Below, one piece after another: positions 24,014 to 43,029 of a DNA stretch of 64,000 nucleotides; the stretch's first letter is position 1; the number at the start of each line of letters is the position of its first letter. The notes under the pieces were generated by a model. It had not been told where the DNA came from. It made no database searches and saw only the letters and a list, made by a program, of their open reading frames with translations. Source of the stretch: Camelus dromedarius (lineage: Eukaryota); the NCBI RefSeq assembly GCF_036321535.1, contig NC_087453.1:124001-188000 (forward strand), written 5' to 3'. A program made the translations under genes and the position numbers.

Positions 24014-24811
24014 ATGCAACCAACGCTGGCGCCGCCGCAGCAGCCGCGGGAGAAGGAGGCCGGGCCTAGGGGCCCGCGGGGGCGAGCGGGAAAGGGCGCG
24101 CAGGGCGCAGGGGCCGGTGAGAAGCGCGCCAAAGGGGCGGCCGCGGCGGAGCCCCCCAGGCCGGGCTGGGCCTTGACGCTGGAGGGGCTGGCTGCCATGG
24201 GCCCCGGGCAACGCCACAGCCACCTGCTCTTCGGCGACCTGCTTGAGGACGTGGGCGCGGCCGCTTCCGTCTTCCCGTGCGACTCGTTGGAGCTGGGGTA
24301 CCGCATGCCTGACCCGCGCGCGTGGACGCAGCCCCTCGAGCGGCCGGCGGAGCGCCAGGACCGGCTCCTCGGCGTCCTCAAAGCAGCCGAGGCCCGAGGA
24401 CGAGTCCGCGCCTTACGACTGCGCTACGCCCGCATGCGGGTGAGGCTCCGGGCGGGCAGGAGGGGTCGCGACCCGGCTTGGGGCTCTGCCACGTAGCACT
24501 GGCTCTGAAACATCTCTCCCCCCTCCCCCCACGCCCCAACCCCGGGACCCGCAGGCCGAGGAAATCTCGCTCCTCATCCTGCGGCAGAAGTCCGCGCGCG
24601 CCGCCATCCGGCTGGAGCTGTTCCTGCCGCCGCAGCTGAAGCCCACGCGAATCCCGGATCCCCTGGACCGTCAAGAGGTGCCCGCAGGCAGGGGAGGGGG
24701 CCCGCCCGCCCGCCTCCCCGCACGTCGTGCCCCAGCCCCTCTTCCCTGCAGCGGAGGCGCGTGGAGACCATCCTGGAGGAGACAGTCGACGGCACCATCT
24801 TCCCACGTTGA
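24014..24811 (+). CDS. LKAAEAR1: LKAAEAR motif-containing protein 1, 202 aa; exons 24014-24439, 24555-24677, 24752-24811
   Basis: Exons of 426+123+60 nt, both introns phase 0 GT-AG. Contains LLGVLKAAEARGRVRALRLRY and the C-terminus RRRVETILEETVDGTIFPR-stop. CATAAA at 24855-24860 is a possible poly(A) signal. Confidence 0.95.
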
Positions 24812-25448
24812 CGGATATCCCGAAGTGCCCGGCCGGCCGCTCCCCACCGTCGGACATAAAGTTCTCACTTTCCAAGCCCCTTCTGGTCTCTCCGCTTCCC
24901 TCTCTAGGTCCCCTGGGAGGGAAGTGGGGAAGTGTGGATGCCGCCTCTCCCACATGCGAGTCACTGACATCGGGGTACACAGCATGCTGCTCCTCCAACA
25001 AAGTAGGAAGGTGCAAGTTGGCATATGTCAGGTTAACAGGGGGCAGGGACACTCCTAATCCCCCAGATCCCATGCTACTCCCATCACGTAACCTGGTGCC
25101 CTGTGAATCCATGGGGGCCCCTAGTCTGGTTGTGACAGGAGCAAGAGCCTGGCCTGGCAATAGTCACGCCCCAAGAAGAGCGAGCAGCCTCGGAGAGAGT
25201 GGTACCCAAATAGGACCATAGACAGCAGGTCATTCCATCAGGGGGTCAGAGAGGAAGGTGATACTCTGGGCAGAAGAGTGACTGCAGAAGCCCAAGCTGG
25301 CCTTTGGCAAGTCAGCCATGCCTAGGAGGTCCACCAGAGGATGGAGAGACTGGAGAAGGGGAGCCCCTCAAACAGGCCCCTGCCACCCAGACAGAAACCC
25401 TCTGGTTTTCCTTTCCATCCTGATTGTCCTCCTTTGCCCCTTAGCAGA

Positions 25449-25450
<2 letters not shown>

Positions 25451-25496
<46 letters not shown>
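25451..25496. repeat. (AC)23 microsatellite
   Basis: Perfect dinucleotide run. Confidence 0.98.
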
Positions 25497-25498
<2 letters not shown>

Positions 25499-26639
25499 CA
25501 GGAGAGACACTGCCCCTGTCCCATTCTGACAGATCCACGTCCTGCCAACCCTCTGGACTCTGAAGAGCCTCCCGAGTTTCAGACAGATCTCCCCTTTGAG
25601 AACTTACTATTCTCCCCAACTTCTTTTGGCCACCTCTCCCTTTTCCTCCCTCCCGGCCCATCTACCAGGCTGCAGAGGGGGGTCTCAGACAAGGCACTCC
25701 CCTGCGAGGAGGCTCCTGCAGCGTCACTGCCCAAAGCAGAGAACTGATCCCAGAGGGGTGTGTCCTCTACCAGTAGAGGTCAGAGCTAGGGTCCAGCAAG
25801 GAATCCTCAGGATCAGGCTCAGGCTCTGGATGGGGACCTGGGCCCTCTGTGTCCTCAGCAAGCTCCTCCCCCACACAAGACCCTTCGCCCCTTCTGGGCC
25901 ATTGCACCCTTGGCTTTGATCCACACCCAGGATCTGGAGCTGGAGTCTGGGGCAGTTCCAGGAGGGAGGGGAGGCTCTCGATGGTGGTCGGAGGTTCAGG
26001 CAGGGAGAGGAGACAAGGAACAGGGGGAGAGAAGGTGGCTGTGGCCTGGGACAGAGGGACAGGGAAAGGGAGGCAGTGCCTCTGTCCAGGAGCGGCAGCA
26101 CATAAACCGTGACAAGCACAGGATGACAGCCAGCCCTGGCTCCCTGGTTAAGCTCATGTGACTTGAACCCCAGCATTCTGTCTCTTGGGGACGTACTGAG
26201 TGCTAGGATGATTTCATCCGTTTAGTAAAAGCACATTTCATTTCATCACTTCTCTGAGCTACCATTTCTTTATCTTTAAAAAGGAAGTCTCAATGGTCTC
26301 ACTTGGTGCCACGGCCCCACACAGTGAGAACTCCATGGGGGATGGTGTCACTCTGCATCAGGCAGACACGTGAGGACAGAGGGTGAGACAGGCACACATA
26401 GCCCTGAGGAAGCCAGCAGGATGGTGGCCTCACAGATATCTCTGCACCGGGTGTGGGGCTGGCACACAGGGCATCCTTTGGTCCCCACCCAGGGAGGGGT
26501 CCTAGATCTGCTGAGAAGGCCTGGGAAAGTAGCCAGGGACATATCTGCAGGGGCTGGAGGAGGCTTCTACTACGGGAGAGCAATGCATTGGGCCACCGCC
26601 CAGTGCACTGGGGGCTGTGAGGAATCAGGTAGGTCCCTG

Positions 26640-26765
26640 TGGCCCAGAGCTCATGCTCTGGACAGAGGACCCTGGGTTCAAACCCCAGCTCCTGCTGCAT
26701 AGCCTTGAATGAGTCCCTGCCCAGTCCCCTTGTTCCTCCCGTGGAATATGGGAGAGACTCCCCAG
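26640..26765. mobile_element. MIR fragment
   Basis: 'gctctggacagaggaccctgggttcaaaccccagctc...ccttgaatgagtc...gtggaatatggga' resembles the MIR 5' half and core. Confidence 0.6.
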
Positions 26766-27984
26766 AGGAGGTGCAAAAGACTCAGGAGGGCGAGGCAAGG
26801 GGAATAGAGAGGCCCAAGTGGCCCGAGGATGTGGGAGAGTGGCCAGAGCAAGGACAGGGTATGGAAGGCGGGGAGGGAGGGAGTATAGAGTGGCCCAAGG
26901 AGGGAGAGAATTGTGCTGACCCCCACCCACATCCAGCTGCCACACACACTTCTCAGGAGGTGGATGGAGATGCCACATCGCACACCATGGGATCAGCATG
27001 GCTCTGAGACCTTGACGAAGTTGTATGACCTACGCCCCACGCCCCAGGACTGTTATCTTCAGCTAAATAAGAAGCAGCCACCTCCTTTCTGGGCAGGTTT
27101 CCCGCATCTGTCCTGTCCTGGCCAGCCTGTCAACATGGCGGCCCTACAGGTCTCTCATCATGTCACCCGGCCCCCTGGGCACCCTGGCTTCCAGGGGCCC
27201 CCCAACTCCCTGAACTTGCCCTTCGCTCTCCTGCAGCCTGGCCTCCACCCCCTAGGCCCCTGTCCTGCTGCCCTGCTGGCTCCAGCTCTGTGCTTAACAC
27301 CTCCCACCTCTCCCTCCTCGCTCTCTGGTTCTCCGTAGCCCTCCTCAACTCTCACCCAGTCTACAAGTCCACTTCATCTGCTCCAGGGCTGCTGTGTCCT
27401 GTCACAGCTACGTCCCACCGCCTGGCACACGGGGGACACCTGGATATTTACAAGATGAACGAAGAGTTTGTATAAATCCTTCACTTCCCTTCATTCCCCC
27501 AAGAGCTCTGAAAAACGTGAGCACACACAACCTGTGTGACTGGAAGGCATTTTGTGAGCAGGACCCAGGCACTGAGGGCCGACAGGGCTGAGTGCCTGCA
27601 CTGGGGACAGCAGCTACACATGGTCCAAGGCCCGGGGGACTCAGACACTCTGCAGACCACTTCCAGAGCAGGGTCAGGGCCGCCCAGACAATGGCCCAAA
27701 GCATGCTGGGATAAGGAATTTAACTCACAGCTGTACAGCGTAGTAAAATCTGGGGAGAGTTGGCCATAGAGAAGGGACAGGCATTCGTGGCAAAGGGGAG
27801 GGTGTGACTTTGAACTTTAGAACATCTTGGGGCAAGTAGAGGGGTTGAAAGGGACTCAGCCAGGCTCCACGCACAGGGACATTTGGTGACCCCAGATATA
27901 AGAACTCAAATCCCCAGCATCCACTGGCACCGCAGCACAGGAACCCCCCTCATCGGGAAGGCTCCTACAGCATGGTGAGAGCGC

Positions 27985-28030
27985 GCTTTTAACCCCATTT
28001 TACAGGTGAGGACACCCAGGGTCAGAAAGG
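27985..28030. mobile_element. MIR fragment
   Basis: 'ccccattttacaggtgaggacacccagggtcagaaagg' matches MIR ccccattttacagatgaggaaactgaggc. Confidence 0.55.
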
Positions 28031-28219
28031 CTAGGGCTGGGCCGCGAATGACCACCAGGCAGCCCTTTCCAGAGGTCTCTCCCTTCTTCGAGAGGGGTAG
28101 GCAAGCAGCCTATGGGGACGCTGGAGTCTCGCGGACGCCCCACCGTAAAGGCAAAGCTGAAATGGCCCCAGACTGAGCACAGCTGGGGGCATGGCCACAC
28201 CCCCATCTACCACGGTACC

Positions 28220-28760
28220 AGCTCAGGCCGCCCAGGGGGCCAGAGGCCCCATTATTAGCACCTCAGCTCCACAGGCCCCCCTAAGAGGCGGTGGGCACCG
28301 AGGCGCCGCGCGGAACCGCGCAGGGCGATGGGGAGGGGGCGTGTGGGGCGCGGAGCCGACCGGGCGCGGGGCGGGGCGCGCCGGGCAGGGCGGGCCGGGC
28401 CGGGCGCCTCCCCGCTCGAGGAAGTCCCGGCCCCGCGCTTTGGGGAAGTGCGGCCGAAGCGCCTGCGCACTGCACCCTGCGCCCCCTCCCCGACGATCCG
28501 GTCGGACCTCGGAGCGCGCGGGCCGGCGGCTGCGCCGCGAGCGACTCAGGAGCGCGGCTGGTGAGTGCGCGCGCGCGGCGCCGAGGACGGCGGCCTGGTC
28601 CCTCCTGCCCCTGGCCCGGGGACCGCGCGGGGCGGGAGCCTCGGAAACCGGCGCCGGGATCGGCACCCTAAGGACTCCCGCCGCGGGGTCCACGTGGACC
28701 CTGGGCCGCGGCGGGACAGAAGCCAGTCCCCGCGCGTGGGGGAGGGGGCGTTGCAACAGG
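28220..28760. promoter_or_regulatory. CpG-island bidirectional promoter shared by RGS19 (+) and OPRL1 (-)
   Basis: Dense CpG, multiple GGGGCGGGGC GC boxes, ETS-like GGAAGT motifs and no TATA box. The RGS19 first exon ends at CTG|GTGAGT (28560/28561). Head-to-head RGS19/OPRL1 is established in human and mouse. OPRL1 exon-1 limits could not be resolved. Confidence 0.8.
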
Positions 28761-29247
28761 GTTCCCCTTTTTCTGCAGCTTTAAGCCTGGGGAAGTGATT
28801 GCTCAAAGTGGGGGGGCCGGAAGAACCCAGGTTTCCGCGTCTCCCGCCCCCACCTCAGCCTGGTGGGGAGGGCCCTAGGCGGGACAGCGGGTCTGCCCCC
28901 GCCCCCACCCCGTTGGATCTGGCAGCCGCTCAGCACTGCGAGTCGCAGGGGAGGCGCTGCGCCCCCAGCCCAAGCCGACTGGGGGCTCCTGGCGCCAGCC
29001 TCGCTCTAGAACGTGCAGGAGGACCTCCTGCCGTCTGACCCGAGTCCTGCTGCTGCAGTGCACGCCCCTTCGGCAGAGCCAGGGTGGGGCCCAGAGCGAA
29101 CCTGGCCCCTCCCGCCCCCACCTCGCCTTTGGGTCGCTGGTGAGTGGGTCGCGTGGGGAGTTCCTTGAGGTAGGGGTGGGAGCGTCAAGGCTGGAGGAAG
29201 GGACCCTGAAGAAGGAGGCAGACTTCTCCAGGCCAGACCCTACCAGC

Positions 29248-29269
29248 AGAGAGAGAGAGAGAGAGAGAG
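29248..29269. repeat. (AG)11 microsatellite in RGS19 intron 1
   Basis: Perfect dinucleotide run. Confidence 0.95.
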
Positions 29270-31701
29270 GAGTGAGTTGCCACCACCATTGCAGAGGTGG
29301 GCTGGGGCGAGGGTCACCAGGGCTGGGAAGACCTGTCCTGCCTTGGAGGAGCCAGGCTGGGAGTCTCCCACTAGCCAAATGAGGGGGGCAGCAAATAGAA
29401 AAGGTACTGAGTCGGATGAGAAGAAAGGAATGGAGCCCCTCTGTCAACCTCCTTCCCAAAGGTTATGGCATTTTTTCCTGGGATTGTCACATATTCTTAT
29501 TCTTTTTTTGGACTGGGCGGGCTCGGGGACGTTCTTTTTCCTTCTGTGGAGCAGAGCAGCAGCCGCTCCCGAGGGAGCCTCTGTCCCCAGAGGCCAGACT
29601 TGCCTCCTATCCAGCTTCTCCCATCCCAGACTTCAGGGCTGGGGAAGGGGAGGGAGTCCCCTGTCGAATGCCAGGATGAGAGGAAAGGAAACTTAATTCA
29701 GACCCTATACCTTCACCAGGAAGGAGAGCAGGTGCCCCCGGGGGCACAGGTGGCCCCAACCAGCCTGAGGAGGGTGCAAGGAGCTGGGTCCAGGGATGGG
29801 CGACCAGATCCAGGGCCTGTAACCAGGACAGAAGGGACTGCCTCCCCGCCCCAGACTTGGCCCCTAGCACCTCAGCACTGCGCACTCAGACAGGTCCCTC
29901 CTCCAATTCAGAGCTGAGTTGGAGAAGGCAGCCTTGAGGAGGTATAGTCTTCAGGGTGCTAGAGGGTGAGGGAGGGGATTGGGGCCCTGCCCCGACTCAC
30001 AGTGGGTGGGGGTGCAGAGGAGGAAGAGCCGCTCTGCCTGGGGAAGTCACAGCCCGTCTGGGGTACAGCTGCCAGACCTCAGAGGTTGCCACACCCCTTC
30101 CTTTCCCTAGAAACTTGACCCCTGAGGGAAGGCATGCTGTGGGGCTACTGCTTCCCCCACCTGTTTGTTGGAAGCTGGTGGGACCCAGTTTGAGGGTCCC
30201 GCCACCATGATCTCAGGGGAAGCCAAGCAGGTGGTGAGGGGCCAAGGCCCCATGGGACCCTACACCTTGCCCCTAGATTCGGGTCAGGGCAGGGGCCTCT
30301 GGAGGCAGTGGTGCCCTCAGTGTGCATAACTCGGGCGGTCACCTCTGAGCACCACACCTGGCCAGGAGCTGGAACGCAGGCGCTGCCTAGCCTGGTGACT
30401 GCCTAGGGCATCCACCCTCCTCTCCTGCCATCAGAGACCACGAGAGGCCAATATGGACCGAACAGACATTCAAAGGCCAAAAGCAGAGGGATAGCGGGTC
30501 AGCAGGGAGAATGATAATTAAATGAGAAAATAAAGTGAAACCAAGTCGTGAATCTCTTGGCTGCCAGACCGGCAGCGGGTTTTCAGGAAGGCCCGTGCTG
30601 CAGACATGCAGGGGGGCGCCCCAGGCCCTGTGGGCCCTCACCTGGGCGGAGGAGGGCGCCGGCAGAGGCGAAGGTGGGGAGGTATTCAAAACTGCCTCCC
30701 GGACACTGATTGGCCGCCCCGCGCATCGCCGGTGCATCGCCCGCGCGCACTTGGTTCTGCGGGTTACAGGCCGGAGCTGCTCAGCCGGCTGGGACTTCGG
30801 CGTCCCCCATACCCCTGCACCACTGGGAAGGTGCGCTCAGACGGCAAGCAGAAGGGACCCAGCGGCTCAGACCTGGGAGCAGGACGCACCCCCGCCCCCG
30901 CTGCCGCCTGCTTCCCCGCCTGGCGCGCCCGCCCTGCGGTGAGGCCTCGGGCCCGCAGTGGTTTCCGCAGCCTGGTGGGGGGAGGGGGGAGGGAGGCCGG
31001 GAGACCCTGGGCGCGGTAGGATGCCAGCCAAGGGTAGGGGTACCAAGGGAGGAGTCTGGGACTAAGAAGCCAGCAGTCCCTGGCAGCTCCTGGTCCTCCT
31101 CACCCATGCCCTGTTCCACTTCCCACCCCCTCAGGACATCCCGCCCCACATCCTAGTCAAATCCTCCATGCTGCAGGCCTAGGCCGCTGCCCTGCTGAGT
31201 CCCCATGAGCAGGTGGGAATTCTCTGGGGCCAGCAGGCCAATCTGGCCTCCTGGTCAGGGGCAGCCCTACCCACAGAAAACCTGGGATGGAGGAAGCTGG
31301 GTTAGGGGGTGTCTAAAGGTCTGACCATCACCCGTGCACCAACCTGACAGCCCCAGACTCTTGCAGGCCCCCAGCCCCCTTGGGAGGGGCCAGGAGCCGG
31401 AAACCAAGAAAGAGGAACCCAGGCTTCCGGCTTCCCAGGGACTGAGCAGATGGGGGTGTCCCAGAACCTCCTACAGAGATCTTGTCTGGGGCCCCCTCCT
31501 TCCTGACCCTGCACCCCCTCACAGCCCTGGTGTAGGCTGGGGTGGGGGGTTGGAGCCTGGGCAGAGTGGTCTGGAGGTGGGGGGCTGGCAGGGGCCGGTG
31601 TCCAGTTCTCAGTGAGAACCCACGCTCTCTTCTCAGACCCCCAGGCTGTGGTGAGGGTCCTGGAGCAGGCACCACGGAGCCCCAAAGACCTCCTCCCATC
31701 C

Positions 31702-33880
31702 ATGCCCACCCCGCATGAGGCTGAGAAGCAGGTGCGCCCCCTCTGCCCCCTTGGAGGAACTTGGAGGGGGCATGACAGGGAGTTGGGAGATCCTCAAACA
31801 CCTGGGAGGCCAGAAGGCCATGCCCCTGGGAACGAGCGTCGCCACCAGCGGGCAGTCTGGTGGGGAGAGGCGTGTGGTTCCGACAGATTCTGGCCTGGAG
31901 GCTGAGGCAGCCCCATCTTCCCCCAGCACATAGGACCAGAGGAGGCGGACCAGCCCCCCTCAATGTCCAGTCATGATGCGGCCCCCCCGGCTCCCCCAAG
32001 ACGCAACCCTTGCTGCTTGTGCTGGTGCTGCTGCTGCAGCTGCTCCTGGTACGTGGGCCTGGGGATGCATGCGGTGCCTGGTGGGGAGGGGTGGGCTGAG
32101 CAGACCTGGGACCCAGGATCCCACTTCCCAGCCCCTCAAGTGGCTTTTGAGGTGTCACCTGCAGGTAGGACACCCTGCCACCCACAGCATTCATCCAGCA
32201 TCCTGGTGACCAGCAGCCCGTGCCCAGGCCCCTGTGTGTGTGTGACTTTCATGCCTGGTGTGTTCAAGGATGTGTCCACGTGCAGGCACCTGGCCAGCAC
32301 ATGTGTGCGCGCGTGTGCGCGTGTGCGCACGCAGCATAAGCCAGCCCAGGCTGACTCTGGGAACCTACAGCAGGCGTAGACAGAAGGACGTCCTACAAAC
32401 TGTGTCAGGTGGGGTCGCTTCTAGCAGAGATGTGGCCCTGGGACAGTACAGGTGGTGGGCATGGGGTGTCTAGGGGGTAACTGGTTTCTAGGCATGTCGG
32501 GAACCTGTGGGTTTTTGGTTCATTGTGGAGGCCTGGCTCTTTTCAGGCTTCCAGCCTTTGCTGTTGAGCAGACAGCGCTGAGGGGCCCCAAAGAGGGGGT
32601 CAGCTGACCAGCGAGCAACCGAGGCCTGAGCCCAGGCCTAAAACAGGAGAGGGGTGGCCTGGGGTACAGCCGGGAGGCTGTGAAGAGTCAGGACTCATTG
32701 AGAGTTTAGCTGTGGGCAGTATGAGGTCTGGCAGGCAGTAGGGTAGGGACAGAGTTCTGTCTGGACCTTTGGGTTTGAGTTGTCTGTTAGCCATCCTAGT
32801 GGCCCTGGAGAGAGGTCCGGCTGGAGGTATGGATTTGGGAGCCCACAATGATGGGGTACTAGAAGCCAAGGGAGTGAGAAGGGCCCCTAGGAAGAGTCAG
32901 GGGTCAGACACAGGCTGGGGGCTTCCACCGCAGCAGCTGGGGTCTCTGGGAGAAAGCAGGGGGGTGCCGTGGCCAGGCCAGGGAGGGAGGGGCACATCAG
33001 GGCCCCGTGAAGTCCCAAAGGCGAGCAGGCAGTCGTGCTGCTGGCCGGGCCTTGGGCCCGGGGACCAGATGGGCTGGGAAAGCAGCAGACCCGAGGGCTG
33101 CCCACCTGCAGTGGGTTTACACGTGCTGGTGTTACTGTGTGCTGAACATCCTGCGTTCACACACGTGCAGAGGACGGCAGTGCCACCCTTCTCTCTGCCA
33201 CCAGGAACGAAGAGCGGCGGCGAGCATGGCGGGCCTCGCGGGACAGCAGGCTACAGCCCCTCCCCAGCTGCGAAGCTTGGTGAGTGGCCCGGGGGTGCAC
33301 GTCTGCCAGGGCGGGGAGGGGGCCAAACCGGGCTGAGGGGACCAGGCCTGACTTGGCCAGGTGGCGGCTGCCCGCAGCACCGCACCAAGCCCCGAGGAGG
33401 TGCAGAGTTGGGCCCGGTCCTTCGACAAGCTGATGCACAGCCCGGCTGGCCGCAGCGTGTTCCGGGAGTTCCTGCGCACGGAGTACAGCGAGGAGAACAT
33501 GCTCTTCTGGTTGGCCTGCGAGGAGCTCAAGGCTGAGGCCAACCAGCACGTGGTGGATGAGAAGGCGCGGCTCATCTATGAGGACTACGTGTCCATCCTG
33601 TCCCCCAAGGAGGTGTGCTGCGCGGGGCCGGGGGCGGGGGCCTCGGCCTCCCAGACCCTCTGACCGCGGTGCCCTGTCCCACCCACAGGTGAGCCTGGAC
33701 TCCCGGGTGCGGGAGGGCATCAACAAGAAGATGCAGGAGCCGTCGGCACACACGTTCGACGACGCACAACTGCAGATTTACACACTCATGCACCGAGACT
33801 CCTACCCCCGCTTCCTCAGCTCCCCTGCCTACCGTGCCCTGCTGCTCCGGGGGGGCTCCCCGTCCTCCAGCGAGGCCTAG
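31702..33880 (+). CDS. RGS19: Regulator of G-protein signalling 19 (GAIP), 217 aa; coding exons 31702-31731, 31927-32048, 33205-33279, 33378-33612, 33689-33880
   Basis: Exons of 30+122+75+235+192 = 654 nt, all GT-AG and in phase. N-terminus MPTPHEAEKQ, cysteine string CCLCWCCCCSCSW, RGS domain (SFDKLMHSPAGRSVFREFLRTEYSEENMLFWLACEE...DSYPRFL) and C-terminal PDZ ligand SEA. Confidence 0.98.
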
Positions 33881-35320
33881 GCTGCCCACTCTCGCAGCCC
33901 AGACTAGGGCCCTCTCCCGTGGGCAGAGACTTCTCACGAATGTCAGCAGGTGTCGGGCACACCTGCAGGGCCCAGCACCCCTGGGGCAGTCCCAGGTAGG
34001 AGCTCCAGGTGCAGGGCAGGGCAGAAGCCCCCTTCCCTGCCTAGGGGTCCTAGTGCCCCAAAGTCCTCCTGAGAGGCAGATGTGAGGGCCTCTGGGCCCT
34101 AGCGCCCCCTCCCGCACCAGCCCCCACTGGCCGGCAGAGTGCTCCTGCTGGGGTCCCACGTGGTAAGAGGAGGCACCCTCCCTGGGAACACCCTGGACCC
34201 ACAAACCTCACTGGGTCCTCCTCCCCAGGCAGTTGGGGGCCCCAAGAAATGCCCTGGTGGGGAAGAGAACCTCTGAACTGTCCAGTTCTCTGACATGAGA
34301 CCTCCAGCTGGTGCCATCTGCACCCCAGGATCCCAGAACCAGAACCTCAGAACCAGGCTCAAGGGAGCAGGACCCAGTATCTCTTTTATGTGTTTTTAGA
34401 GTTTAAACCAGGAAACATGGTCCTCACTGTGTGTTTTATGAAAAAAAAAAGAAAACTGTTTTCATATTTAACTCCACCCCTCTCCCCCCTAAAATAGGAT
34501 CTTATTATTGAAGATGCTTTTAAACCAAAGTCTCTCCTCTGTCCACGCTGTGGGGGGGTTAGAGGACGAGCTGTCCCAGACCCCCGGCAGGGGAGCAGCC
34601 CTGCTCAGGGAAGGGGCCTGGTCCCGTGTGCTCTGCCCCAGGCCCACCTGTCAGCAACGAGCCCAGAGGGCAGCTGTGCTCACCCCTTCCCACGCGAGGG
34701 CACCACAGCCTCTCAACACCAAGGCACCAAGGCTGATGATACAAGCAGCACTGGGCAGGCGATGGGTGGGCAGGGTATCAGAGGCTGGCCAGCTAGGGCA
34801 GGACACTGATGGGGGTGACGTCCCTGGGTGCCAGGCACTGTCACTTGTACCGTGCCTTGTACAGGCCACACAAGGCACACGCTTGCCGCCCTGACCCTTA
34901 ATTTGAGGTCGGTGAAGCACTTCACAAAGCTGCAACCAGGGCCCAGAGACTCTGGTCGGGAGTCCACCCCCATCCACACTGCCTCAACGAGCCAGGGAGG
35001 GGATCCTGAAGGGGCCCAGACTTGGCCTCCCACCCACAATCCCTGGACCCTGAGCTTCAGTGTAGGGGGAGGTCATGAGACCATGGGTCCTGTGTGTGCC
35101 CAGGGCCCTTCCCACATGAGCCTCACATGGGGCCTCCCAGGCCCTGCCTTACCAGGCCAAGTGACCCCTGACCCCAGGGAGGAGGGCTGCCCCTGCAGCC
35201 CAGGTGGAGGTGGGGTGTTAGACCAGATGTGGGGGATAGGGGGCCCAGCTCAAAGCCCAAGCCTGTGCGTGGCCCACCAGGACCCAAGGGCTAGGGACAA
35301 AACGGTGGCAAAAAGAAACA

Positions 35321-35326
35321 TTTAAT
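35321..35326 (-). terminator. Candidate TCEA2 polyadenylation signal ATTAAA
   Basis: TTTAAT on the + strand about 190 nt after the stop, followed on the minus strand by a U-rich tract (TGTTTCTTTTTG). Confidence 0.65.
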
Positions 35327-35516
35327 AATCTGGGGGAAAGAGACAAGGTGCACTGCAGGCGAGTGGTGGGGTGGGGCAGGATGTGCTGCCTTCTGAGGAA
35401 GGCCAGGTGGGCACAGGGCAGGTCTCCAGAGAAGCTGCATCTGTTGGCAGGGAATGGGGGAGGTGGTGGCCAGTGCTGGCCTCGGCCCAAGGCTGCAGGC
35501 ACAGGTGCACAGGGGC

Positions 35517-43029
<7,513 letters not shown>

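Noticed and set aside
33686-33694. RGS19 last-exon acceptor CAG|GTGAGC doubles as a consensus donor (recursive-splice-like)
   Set aside because: Forced by the Val-Ser codons; the upstream intron is only 76 nt, so recursive splicing is implausible.
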